A DNA stretch of 63,833 nt, counting the filler, from Olpidium bornovanus S191 (taxonomy: Eukaryota > Fungi > Olpidiomycota), in the NCBI GenBank assembly GCA_017911155.1. It is 29 parts of 29 records of this genome, joined end to end, with 100 filler letters (N's around TTAATTAATTAA, not from the genome) between each part and the next. Parts side by side here need not be neighbours in the genome. Positions count along the whole stretch, not along the records: positions 10,567 to 12,280 come from JAEFCI010005982.1; positions 12,381 to 13,561 come from JAEFCI010004841.1; positions 13,662 to 16,029 come from JAEFCI010003640.1; positions 16,130 to 19,633 come from JAEFCI010007413.1; positions 19,734 to 21,421 come from JAEFCI010004197.1; 24 more parts are not named here. One strand, written 5' to 3'. Position numbers and translations under genes: made by a program. Below are positions 11,630-21,395 of this stretch, piece after piece. The notes beneath the pieces are model-generated. The model was not told where the DNA came from. It searched no databases and was given only the letters and a program-made list of their open reading frames with translations. Numbering within the stretch: the stretch's first letter is position 1; each line of letters starts with the position of its first letter.

Positions 11630-12380
11630 ACGTTTCACGGGTGGCGCGGCTCTCACCACGCGTACGCCCCTGGCATTTTGTGATCTGTTCTTCGATGTGG
11701 CAGGAGGCGCCCAATTTCATGAGCGGGCAAGTCCCCGAGCAGCGTGAAGCAACCGTCGGCGAATTGATTTTGCAGAAACTGGGGAGCAACTTCGCCGTTG
11801 CGCCGGCAGCTCGCCAGTCTTCGGAAATGTCGAGGACAGAAGCGGAATCCCTTTCGGAGCTCGTCGATAAGCTGGAGGGCGAAAGCCGTAGGACACCCTC
11901 CGCCGAGCTCTCGCCTGGCGCCATGCTGAGCGCACATTTCATGGACAGCGGGGAATTAGTCACCGGCACGGCGGCAAAGGAGATCGATACTTCCGTTTCC
12001 ATTCACCACGACTACATCGCCGGAGAGCGCGCCTCCGAAAAGCGAGGACAGGTCATCACCGCTGAGCGGTCTGCTTGCGACGTCCGCAGTCGCCACTGGA
12101 TCCACCAAGGGGCCGACTAGTCGTTTTTGAACGGATGGCTTGCTGGCCCCCGGGACAACTGAAGATGCGGAATAGGGCAAATTCTTGCTCCCTTTCCGGT
12201 TTTCTTCCAATTTTTTTCCGGTTGTGTAGAATCTGACCCAAACATTTTTCGACTAAAATAGATTAATCTCCTTAAGAAACNNNNNNNNNNNNNNNNNNNN
12301 NNNNNNNNNNNNNNNNNNNNNNNNTTAATTAATTAANNNNNNNNNNNNNNNNNNNNNNNNNNNNNNNNNNNNNNNNNNNN

Positions 12381-12973
12381 CATGCTCGGACCAGGAAAGA
12401 GGGCGGGCCGCCGATTCTGGAAGGCGTTTTGGGTCGTGCTATCCGGCAGCCAGCTTCTCTTTTTCCAGGCGACCCAGTGGGTTCATCCGAACGGACGGCG
12501 GGCCGATGGTGTACGTCGGGCGCAATGGCGATAGGTCGTTCTGTAATTCCGATTTTGTTGCGGAGTCCGTAGGGAGTAAAGGGGGGAGAGGGGGCGGAGG
12601 GTTTTTGACCGCAGGATATTGCCATCCGCCCGCGGCTTTTCTCCAGATTACATCATCAGCATCGAAGCCGCACTCGACCCTCTCAACGGCGGAGTGCATA
12701 TGCCTGGTTGACAAGGAGCTAAACGGGCTGAAGCCCCATTATGTCAACGTGTTCAGGCTCGTGATCCCTGACGGCCGTCAGTTCCTCCTCAGGGCGGACT
12801 CACCCGAAGAAATGACAGAGTGGATGGCGCTCATCAATTACGCGTCCACGTACAAGAGCATCGGCCTTCACGTGCGCGGTGTGGGAGCGTGCGAGGAGCA
12901 CGCAGAGCCGCAGGCCACCAACAAACCGAAACGGCCGGGTGATACACGCAGTGTTCGCGCGGCCGTGCTGAAG
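12381..12973 (+). CDS. PH-domain fragment of a fungal Sec7+PH ARF-GEF (SYT1/EFA6-like), spliced, partial
   Basis: GKRAGRRFWKAFWVVLSGSQLLFFQ (from 12382) and VNVFRLVIPDGRQFLLRADSPEEMTEWMALINYASTYKSIGLHVRG (exon 12647-12973) match the split PH motifs of this family. Confidence 0.75.
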
Positions 12974-13049
12974 GTGAGGGCTACTTACGTAAAGAGGCAC
13001 AGATGCTTTCGCACGCTCCCTTCCTACCTCAAAATGCCCACCTTTTCTC

Positions 13050-13104
<55 letters not shown>

Positions 13105-13896
13105 TCCCCCCCCCCCCCGCCCCCCCCCCCCCCTTTTCCCCCACCGCCGGCCACCGCCCCTCCCCTTCCCACCTCCTGCCGTGTACGTGTGGCTCTTGCT
13201 CTTCGCTCCCAGAAAGTTTCGTCACCCGGGCCCCTTACCCCGCCCACCAGCTTTTTGTCAATTCTTTTTTTGGAACCAAAAACCCACCAAATCCCAAAAA
13301 CGCGTGTTCGGCGATCACAAAAAAATAAAGTGACATTATATTGGGGGGGGGGCGGGGGGGAAGGAGCGTGCCAGAGGGACGTACATGTTACCCGTCCTTT
13401 TTCTTTTTTGTTTCTTTTGACGCGGCGGGAATACAAAACGGCCCGGGGGTCGATGTTCGGGATCGGGTGAATAATACAGAAGGGCCTCCGATTTTTCTTA
13501 CTCATTATATACTCACTATATACTATATACGAAAAAACAAAAAAAAAAAAAAAAAAAAAAANNNNNNNNNNNNNNNNNNNNNNNNNNNNNNNNNNNNNNN
13601 NNNNNTTAATTAATTAANNNNNNNNNNNNNNNNNNNNNNNNNNNNNNNNNNNNNNNNNNNNCCGGCGACCCGGAAAAAAAGCCCGCCCTCCGGCGCGCCG
13701 CGCTGCGTCCGCGCCTCTCGCACTCCGACCCACACCCACCACCCTCCTGGGGGACGGGCGAGACTGTGGCCCCGTCCCCCCCTTCCCCCCCCGAACCTAC
13801 GACACGCTTCTGATCTCCGCCCGCTGCGTTCCGGCTCGCCCCGTCAGGGACGTGCGCACGCGGTTCGTGAGGGCGACGCCGGCACGTTTGTCAACA

Positions 13897-16029
13897 ATGG
13901 CTTCCCCGGCCGAACAAGCCCCGCGGACAACAGTTGCCGACGAGGCGGCTCGCCAGGAACAGCGGGATCTTCCGGCGCCGCTTTTGATTTCGCCAAAGAG
14001 TGCAAAGAGACAGGGTTTCGACTTTTGGAGGACGGACCTGAAATCAGCCAGATACGTCGTCGCCCCGATGGTGAACCAGTCCGAACTGGTCGGTGCGGGG
14101 CCGTGAAAACGTCTGCGGCAGTGAAATCTGCCTTACGTCGCCGTGCGTTTTGGCTGCATGGCGGCTCCCCCCCCTCTTTTTTTCCCTTGCTTGCAAACGA
14201 CCAGCCCTGGCGGATGCTGAGTAGGAGGTATGGCGCAGAACTCTGCTACACACCGGTATGGCACGCAACCGCGCCCCGCTGCGCTTAAAACCCGGTGTCG
14301 CGTTTGTTTGTGTCTGGCTCACTTTACTCCCTCCCGTCGCCCACCCCCTCAGATGTTCCACGCACGCTTGTTTGCCGAGTCGGATAGGTACCGGGAGGAG
14401 CAGTGGTCGACTTCTCCAAACGACCGCCCGCTGATAGTGCAGTTCTGCGCCAATGACCCGGCAAATCTCCTTCGTGCCGCCAAATTGGTCGAGAACGAGT
14501 GCGACGCCGTCGACCTTAACCTCGGGTGCCCTCAGCACATCGCCAAAAGGGGTCACTACGGGGCGTTCCTGATGGAGGACCTGGAACTCGTCGCGAGAAT
14601 GGGTGGGTCTGCCGGTTCCCCCCCCTTTTTTATTGTTTCCCTTTCGGTAACGACGTGCTGAACACGTGTGCTGTTTGCTGTGCTGTGCCCGCTCGCTAGT
14701 GAAACTGGTCCACCAGGAGCTTTCGGTTCCCATCACCTGCAAAATCAGGGTGTTCCCCGACGAGCAGCAGACCATCGACTACGCTAGGATGCTCCAGGAT
14801 GCCGGCTGCCAGCTGCTGACGGTGCACGGTCGTTTGCGGGATCAGAAGAGCTACCACACAGGACTGGCGGATTGGCGAATAATCAAAAAAGTGAAGTACG
14901 TCCCAACTCTTCTAAGCTTCCGAGATGTTGACGCGGCCGAGTCTCACCAGGAATTTCCCTCAGGGATGCGCTGTCGATTCCAGTGTTTGCAAACGGCAAC
15001 ATTCTTCATTATTCCGACATACAGCGCTGCATGGACGAGACGGGGTGCGACGGCGTGATGACGGCGGAAGGGAACTTGCACAACCCGGCACTATTTACGG
15101 GGAAAAACCCGCCGATCTGGGAGGTCGTCGAAGAGTACATGCAGGTCTGCGATGAGATCGGGTACACCGAATGCGCCGTGATGCGGGCTCACCTGTTTAA
15201 GATCTGCCGGCCCGCGTGAGTTTGAAATGAACGGCGGAATCTCTGTCTAATTTGCACATCTGGCTTGTGGTTCGCTGGGCTTACTGGCAAGCGGAACCGT
15301 TTTTCCTCAGACTGCTCTTCCACCCCGACATCCGCGACGAGTTCGGCAGTGCGGACACGCTGCCCAAAATTCGTGCAATGATGACCGAGCTACCCCGCCG
15401 GCTCCGGGCCACGTGGACCAAAGCGCGCGAGGACGCGGCAGACCCGTCGCTGCTGTGCCCGCAACCGATGGCGCCGGAGGAGCTAGACCCGCAGCGCTAC
15501 GATCCGGCGTACGGCGGGACGTATTACCGCTATCCCCACTGGTTGTGCCAGCCGTACGTGCGGACTGCCGACGGCGTCAACGCGCACCGTACGCTCAGCG
15601 TCCTGGAGGCGGAGCAGGAGGCCGCCATGACCGAGGAGGAGCTGGCCGACAAGAGGGAAATTGTCGTTCGCAGGCGGATGGCGCGCAAGGAGGCGCGGGC
15701 CAGGAGTGAGTTTGCTTCTTTCTCGTTTGTTCTGCTTTTGCTTTCTAGCTGTCGGCGCAGAAACTGTCGCATGCCGCTTGGGGTGGCCGCGACGCACGGC
15801 CGTTTCGCTTCTGACACGTCCTTTTGCCCCTCTCCCCTCGCTCCCGTTCTCTCCCGCTCCCTCCCGCTCCCTCCCTATGCAGCCCAAGAGTTCAAGCGCC
15901 TCAGACGCCATGACATCTGCGCCAAGTGCAGCAGCGCATCCTCGCCGAAATGCCCGCACGGCGCCTGCCGGAACTGCTGCCGCACGCACTTCGCCGACGC
16001 CGTTGGACCGGACGGTGCCCGCTGTGAGG
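13897..16029 (+). CDS. DUS1: tRNA-dihydrouridine(16/17) synthase, multi-exon, 3-prime truncated
   Basis: [80 protein letters not shown], and a C-terminal Cys cluster CAKC...[11 protein letters not shown] as in DUS1L. Confidence 0.93.
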
Positions 16030-16364
16030 NNNNNNNNNNNNNNNNNNNNNNNNNNNNNNNNNNNNNNNNNNNNTTAATTAATTAANNNNNNNNNNNNNNN
16101 NNNNNNNNNNNNNNNNNNNNNNNNNNNNNCACATGCCAGCTTCAATAAAAAAAAAGAAAACAAAATACACGGCATAAATTATAAAAAAAATCCGAAAAAG
16201 GAATGCAACCCTGGCTTGTCGAAAAAAGAAAGAAATATGCCGGCAATGTGAAAAAAGGAAAAAAAGGAAAGCATATCAGCATTTTCCAAACAAGTGAAAG
16301 AAACATACGCCGGCAGCTGTTCTAAGATAAATTTTTTGCGACTAGAGCCCTTCTTTTCTTGATA

Positions 16365-18025
16365 AAGAATCAGACACAGAATTCGATGCAGACCCTTTTG
16401 ACAGAGATTCTGACACAGAATGAGACAGAAATTCTGAGGGAATAGTTGGTGATTCTGACGCAGAATCTGGAGGGGGTTCTGACGCAAAATTTGACGGGGA
16501 TTCTGACCTAGCATCCAACGGGGATTCTGAATCAGAATCTAATGAGAATCTGAGGGAAAAATTCCGACGGATATTCTGAGAGAATAATTCTGACTAAGAT
16601 TTTGAAGCAGTTATGACGGAAATTCATTTTGGCAAAAATTCTGACACAGAATCTTGTGGGTTTCGGAGGCAAAATCTGATGGGGATTCTGACGCAGAATG
16701 ATTCTGAGGGAATGATTTGGACGGAGATTCTGACGCAGAGTCTGATGGAGATTGAGCGAATAGCAGTCACGGGTTTGCGGTCTGAAAGCTCCCTGCGCCA
16801 CTGCCTGGACGCTGGTTCTTTATGCGACGGCAGTGGAGGGGCTGGATGCAAGAATAGCTACGCTCCTTTGTGCAGTCACACAGCGGGACGGAACAGACGT
16901 CACGTAATCTGAAAAGGATTCTGTGGGAATGATTCTGATGAAGATTCTAATGCAAAGTCTGGGTGGGATTTTGACGCAGAATCTCACGGGAATTCTGATG
17001 CAGAACTTGACGGGGTATTCTGACGCAGAATATGGCAGGGGTTTTGACGCAGAACCAGATGGGGATTCTGCAGCAGAATCTGATGAAGATTCTATTTCAA
17101 AATCTGATAAATAGGCGCTTCTCATTTTTTAAAAAGATTCAGACTCAGAACCCGAAGAGATCTTGACCAGAGTCAGAAAGAGATTCTGAAGCAGAATCTG
17201 ATAGGAATTTTGACACAGAATAGGGGATTCTGACTCAAAACCTAATGTGGATTTTGTGGTGGAATCTGACGGAGATTCTGAGAGAATGATTTTGACAGGG
17301 ATTCTGACGCGGAATCTGACAGGGATTCTGACGCAGAATCTGACAAGGATTCTGACACAGAATTTGATGGGGATTCTGACCCCGGGATTCTGACCCCGAA
17401 TCTGACGGGGAATCTGAGGCAGAATGTGATGGAGACTCTGAAGCATACGAGAGGAGCGCTAGAGGCCTGCTTGACCTACCGATTCTCAAGCAGAATCTGA
17501 CGGATGTGAGCATTTTTTTGCAGAATCCGACAGAGATCCTGATCAGAGCTGACGGAGATTTTGAAGCAGAATTTAATGGGGATTTAAATGCAGAATCTGG
17601 CAGAAATTCTGGAGGAATGATTCTGACAGGATTTCTGAGTCTGAGGGGGATCCTGAAGCAAAATTTGACAGGGTTCCTAACGCGGAATCTGACGGGGATT
17701 CTGGTGCAGGGGATTCTGAGGCAGAATCTGGAGGGGAATCCGACCAGAATGTGCAGAATCAGAAGTGGATCCTGACGCAGAATCAGAAGGAAATTTTGAC
17801 CCAAAATTTGACGGGGATTCTGATGCAAGATCAGACAGAGATTCTGAGGGAATGATTCTGCCAGGATTTTTGAGTCTGATTCTGAAAGACAGATTTCTGA
17901 CGGGATCCTGAAGCTAAATATGACAAGGACTCTGATGCGGAATCTGACGGGGATTCCGGCGCAGAATCAAAAGGAAATTTTGATGCAAGATCTGACGAGG
18001 ATTCTTGACGCAGAATCAGACTGAG
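16365..18025. repeat. Degenerate 24-bp satellite (2 x 12-bp subunits), consensus GATTCTGACGCAGAATCTGACGGG
   Basis: Dozens of variant units over about 1.65 kb, with a few unique interruptions (about 16765-16910, 17100-17150, 17440-17485). Confidence 0.9.
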
Positions 18026-18029
18026 ATTG

Positions 18030-18331
18030 TGTAGTGGACACTCCATTATTCACTTGTTCTCCTGCTCAATGCACCGCCTTCCATCTATGTACCGCTCGAC
18101 CTCAATGGTCCTCACTTGACCTCGATGTCCCTCGCTCGACCTCAATGCCCCTTGCCCGACCTCGATGCCCCTCGCGTGACCTTGATGTACCGCCCGCTTC
18201 TCCCCATTGATCGGTCCCCTAATTAAGGGGGGCCCAGGTACGTAAAACCCCTGGCACCCCCTCTTCTAATAAACCCAGGAAGCTTTCGCCGGAACACAAC
18301 ACCACCCACAACAAAGTGGGGAATCTGAGGA
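18030..18331 (+). mobile_element. 5-prime LTR (18030-18313) plus PBS-like motif (18317-18331) of an unclassified LTR element
   Basis: TGTAGTG at 18030, CACAACA at 18307-18313, AATAAA near 18268, then AAG-TGGGGAATCTGAGGA. The same architecture occurs at 57485-57617. Confidence 0.75.
18094..18193. repeat. 20-bp tandem repeat, 5 copies, inside the LTR
   Basis: GCTCGACCTC(A/G)ATG(C/T)CCCTC-like units with GAC exactly every 20 bp (18098, 18118, 18138, 18158, 18178). Confidence 0.85.
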
Positions 18332-18457
18332 CGAGCTCTCCCTTTTCCTCACCTGCGTCGTTTTAGCTCTCCCGCCGCTCCTCTGACGCCATCCCATCCC
18401 CCGCTCCATCGCCAGAACCTCATCGACTGGCCCTCCTCCTTGGCCTTCGACCTGCGC

Positions 18458-19633
18458 ATGCCCTCGCCTCATCGGCGCCGCCGCCACGGCTCCTGGACAC
18501 ACGTGCCCGACCCTGGTACGTCCACCGCTGAACCGCTGTCGACCGCCCTTCCCCTGACAGCCCCTTCCACCGTGATGTCGATGGCAACCCCGTCGACCGC
18601 TCCCGCCACGACCGCTCCCGCCACGACCGCTCCCGCCCCGGCAGTCACCTCCAGGGAGGTAGACGCGCTTGTCGCCGCCGCCGCGATACCACTTCCTGCA
18701 GATGAGCCGATGCTCGACCTCCCACAGCGCACTGTGCCTGTTTTTGGCTCGGTTGAGGTCCCGCTTGCCCCCACCGTCTTTTCCGTCACTGACGTTGACC
18801 TCACCGCTCTGTCGACGCTCAAACGCCAACATGCCTCTACGCGGCGTGAGAGTGCGACGGCAACCCTTGGCGTCGACTGCGCCACTGTCATCTTCCGCGA
18901 CTTCGCCTCCGCGATCGACGCTGTCGTTGCTGACCACTCCGTTCCGCTTGCCGACCTCACCACCTCCTTGAGGGAACTCGAGCCTGCCGTCATGGAGGCC
19001 GCCATCGTCTACCGTCGCAACCACGGCCCCTTGGCGTGCCTCCGACCAACGCTCACATTGGCCACCCACCGCGTTTGCGTCGGACCTACCGCTCCGGCTG
19101 TCGCCACCGACCATCCCACCCAAGGTCTGGAGGTCGGCATTCATGCCCCGCCTGTGGCCACACGCCGTCGTCGTGCCGGGTCTCCATCGACGACGTCGTC
19201 CGGTTCGTCGAGGCGTTCGTCGAGGTCTGGAGGATGTTCCTCCTCGACGTTGTCTTCGTCGTTCGCTCGATTGGAGTCGACTCGATTGCCCACCGTGTTG
19301 CCATCCCCTGACCGCCGTTGACACCCTAACCTTCAACGGGGACGTGCTTCTCGCCGCTGTTCCACCACCCCGACCGACGCCATACCGCACGGGCGTCGTG
19401 TCAGGGTGCTGCAATTGAACAATGCTCTTGATTGCGGCGGAGCCTGGCTGAGCTGGAAGAAAAAGTTCCTGTCGGAGCTTACACTCTCTGACGCCTGCAC
19501 CAAGCACCAGCACCTCGCCGAGCTGCTTGGTAACGTCACTCCACACGTCGAGCCTGAGGCTTGATGGAATAACTGTAAGGCGCGCCCCGTGCGTTCGTTG
19601 CGGGCGCGCTTTCGTCGCTGTAACACTTGTACG
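18458..19633 (+). mobile_element. ORF1 of the unclassified LTR element (18458-19321), followed by a frameshifted gag-like remnant
   Basis: MPSPHRRRRH...MLDLPQRTVPVF...FRDFASAIDAVVADHSVPLADLTTSLRELEPAVMEAAIVYRR, homologous to 58390-59059 and 53040-53385. Downstream, GGAWLSWKKKFLSEL...AELLGN..EA*WN resembles a capsid N-terminal pattern. Confidence 0.65.
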
Positions 19634-19733
19634 NNNNNNNNNNNNNNNNNNNNNNNNNNNNNNNNNNNNNNNNNNNNTTAATTAATTAANNNNNNNNNNN
19701 NNNNNNNNNNNNNNNNNNNNNNNNNNNNNNNNN

Positions 19734-20650
19734 CATGAGGAGGAGACGGGTGACCCGGTGAAAAGATGACAGTTCCATTTTCTGGGTGTTGCAGGTTGGT
19801 TCAATTGGCTTTCCTTGGCGCTGCTTGCATTTTGACCGCTCCATTGGCCGTGGCCAAGCTGGGGAAGCCTTGGCGTCACAGCGGTGGTCATCCATTAGCG
19901 CGTGAACCCCATTGCCAGGTTGGTACTGGCTCTACCTGTTCCACATCATTCAAAAATGTGCTTGGCAGGATTGCCGAACCGGAGATTTGAGTCTCTTACG
20001 GAAAAATCAGTAGATTTTTACTGAAAACCCTCCTGAATATGAGCAATCGAACTCAGCCCGACATCACATCCGCAGTCGGATTTTTCGCCCGATTCACCGC
20101 CAACCTGAATGCAAGCACTCGGCCGCACTCAAGCGGATTCCTTGCTACCTCGCCGGGAACCAGAACCTCACCTTTGCATATGGAAGCAGCAGCAACAACG
20201 ACAGCAGCTCCGGCGCCAGCGACAGTGCAGAAAACTTGGTGGCCTTGTCAGATTCTGATTGGGCATGCGACGTAAATGATTGGAAATAAATCTGTGGATT
20301 GGTGATCCAACACCGCGGGGACGCGATCAGCTGGCGTAGTGGAAAGCGATCCATTCTCGCGCACTCAAACCACAGGGGGGGAGAACATGGCGGGCAACGG
20401 AAGCTTGCAAAGAGGTTGCGTGGCTAAAGCAGCCGTACTGAGACATCACCAGAGACATGCAGCGCGTCCCGCTCTGCATCGACAACCACGGCACACTCGC
20501 GCTGTGCATCACGCCGCAGAACCAGCAAATAACCCAATCACATGGAAATCAGCACCTCTACGTGCGTGGCACAGTTGCAGAAAGAGCAATGACACTACAT
20601 ACAGTCGCGTGTCGAAGGACAATCTGGTAGACGGCTTACAAAAGGCCTGA
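19734..20650 (+). mobile_element. Degenerate Ty1/copia pol (RT C-terminus and RNase H)
   Basis: RTQPDITSAVGFFARF, KRIPCYLAG, LSDSDWACD..DWK*ICG, AISWRSGK, IDNHGTLAL, DNLVDGLQKA*, with frameshifts and stops. Confidence 0.85.
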
Positions 20651-20753
20651 AATATCCCGATTTCAAAAATTTCCAGACGCGCCTCGGTTTCGAGCCGCTG
20701 CCCGCTGCGAACTGATCGCTTTGCCCCTCGTCAAAACTTCATCGCAGGCCAAC

Positions 20754-21004
20754 GGGAAAGGGCGTCGGCCGAAGTCATGAAATGACGTTACGAGCGTGCT
20801 GACAACTTTTTGCACCTGCACACCCTGGCACGCCTCTTCTTCTCATCCTCGACCACTTCAAAGCATCGAGAAATGCCTGGCAAAATTCAGGGAAACGGCG
20901 TAAGAAATGAAGCAAAAAGGGCTTGGGGCGTTGGTTTTCTCTGCACGTAGTAGATACGAGCGCCGTCCTCTCGCAAACCAAAACCAACAACAGGTTATGA
21001 GTCC
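20754..21004 (+). mobile_element. Polypurine tract (20754-20762), candidate LTR (20763-20992) and half-tRNAiMet-type PBS (20993-21004)
   Basis: GGGAAAGGG then CGTCGG (imperfect TG start), ending CAACA followed directly by GGTTATGAGTCC. Confidence 0.55.
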
Positions 21005-21020
21005 ATCCCGGAGCACGTTT

Positions 21021-21395
21021 CGGTCAAAGATCCACGCCACGGTCAGAATCACGGCCCGGTCAAGATCACGCCCCAGTCAAGGTCACCTCACGGTAAATAT
21101 CACCCTTGGGTCAAGATCACGCCACAGTCAGAATCACGCCCCGGTCACGCTCCGGTCAAGATCACGCCCCGGTCAAGATCACGCCACGGTCACAATCACA
21201 CCCCGGTCACAATCACATCCCGGTCAACATCACGCTTCGGTCAAGATCACGCTTCAGTCAAGATCGCGCCACGGTAATGATCACGCCCGGGTCAAGATAT
21301 CATGCCACGGTAAAGATCACGCTCAGGTCAAGATCACGTCCCGGTTAAGACGCCCAAGCCATCGCGCCCCGGTCAAGATCACGCCCCAGTCAAGA
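21021..21395. repeat. 17-bp minisatellite (CGGTCAAGATCACGCCC), about 22 degenerate copies
   Basis: Visible periodic GGTCAAGATCAC units directly after the PBS. Confidence 0.9.

Noticed and set aside
16365-18025. Palindromic repeats with unique interruptions read as a CRISPR array
   Set aside because: The units are contiguous and degenerate, with no regular unique spacers; interruptions are few and of uneven length; there are no cas genes and the context is eukaryotic.
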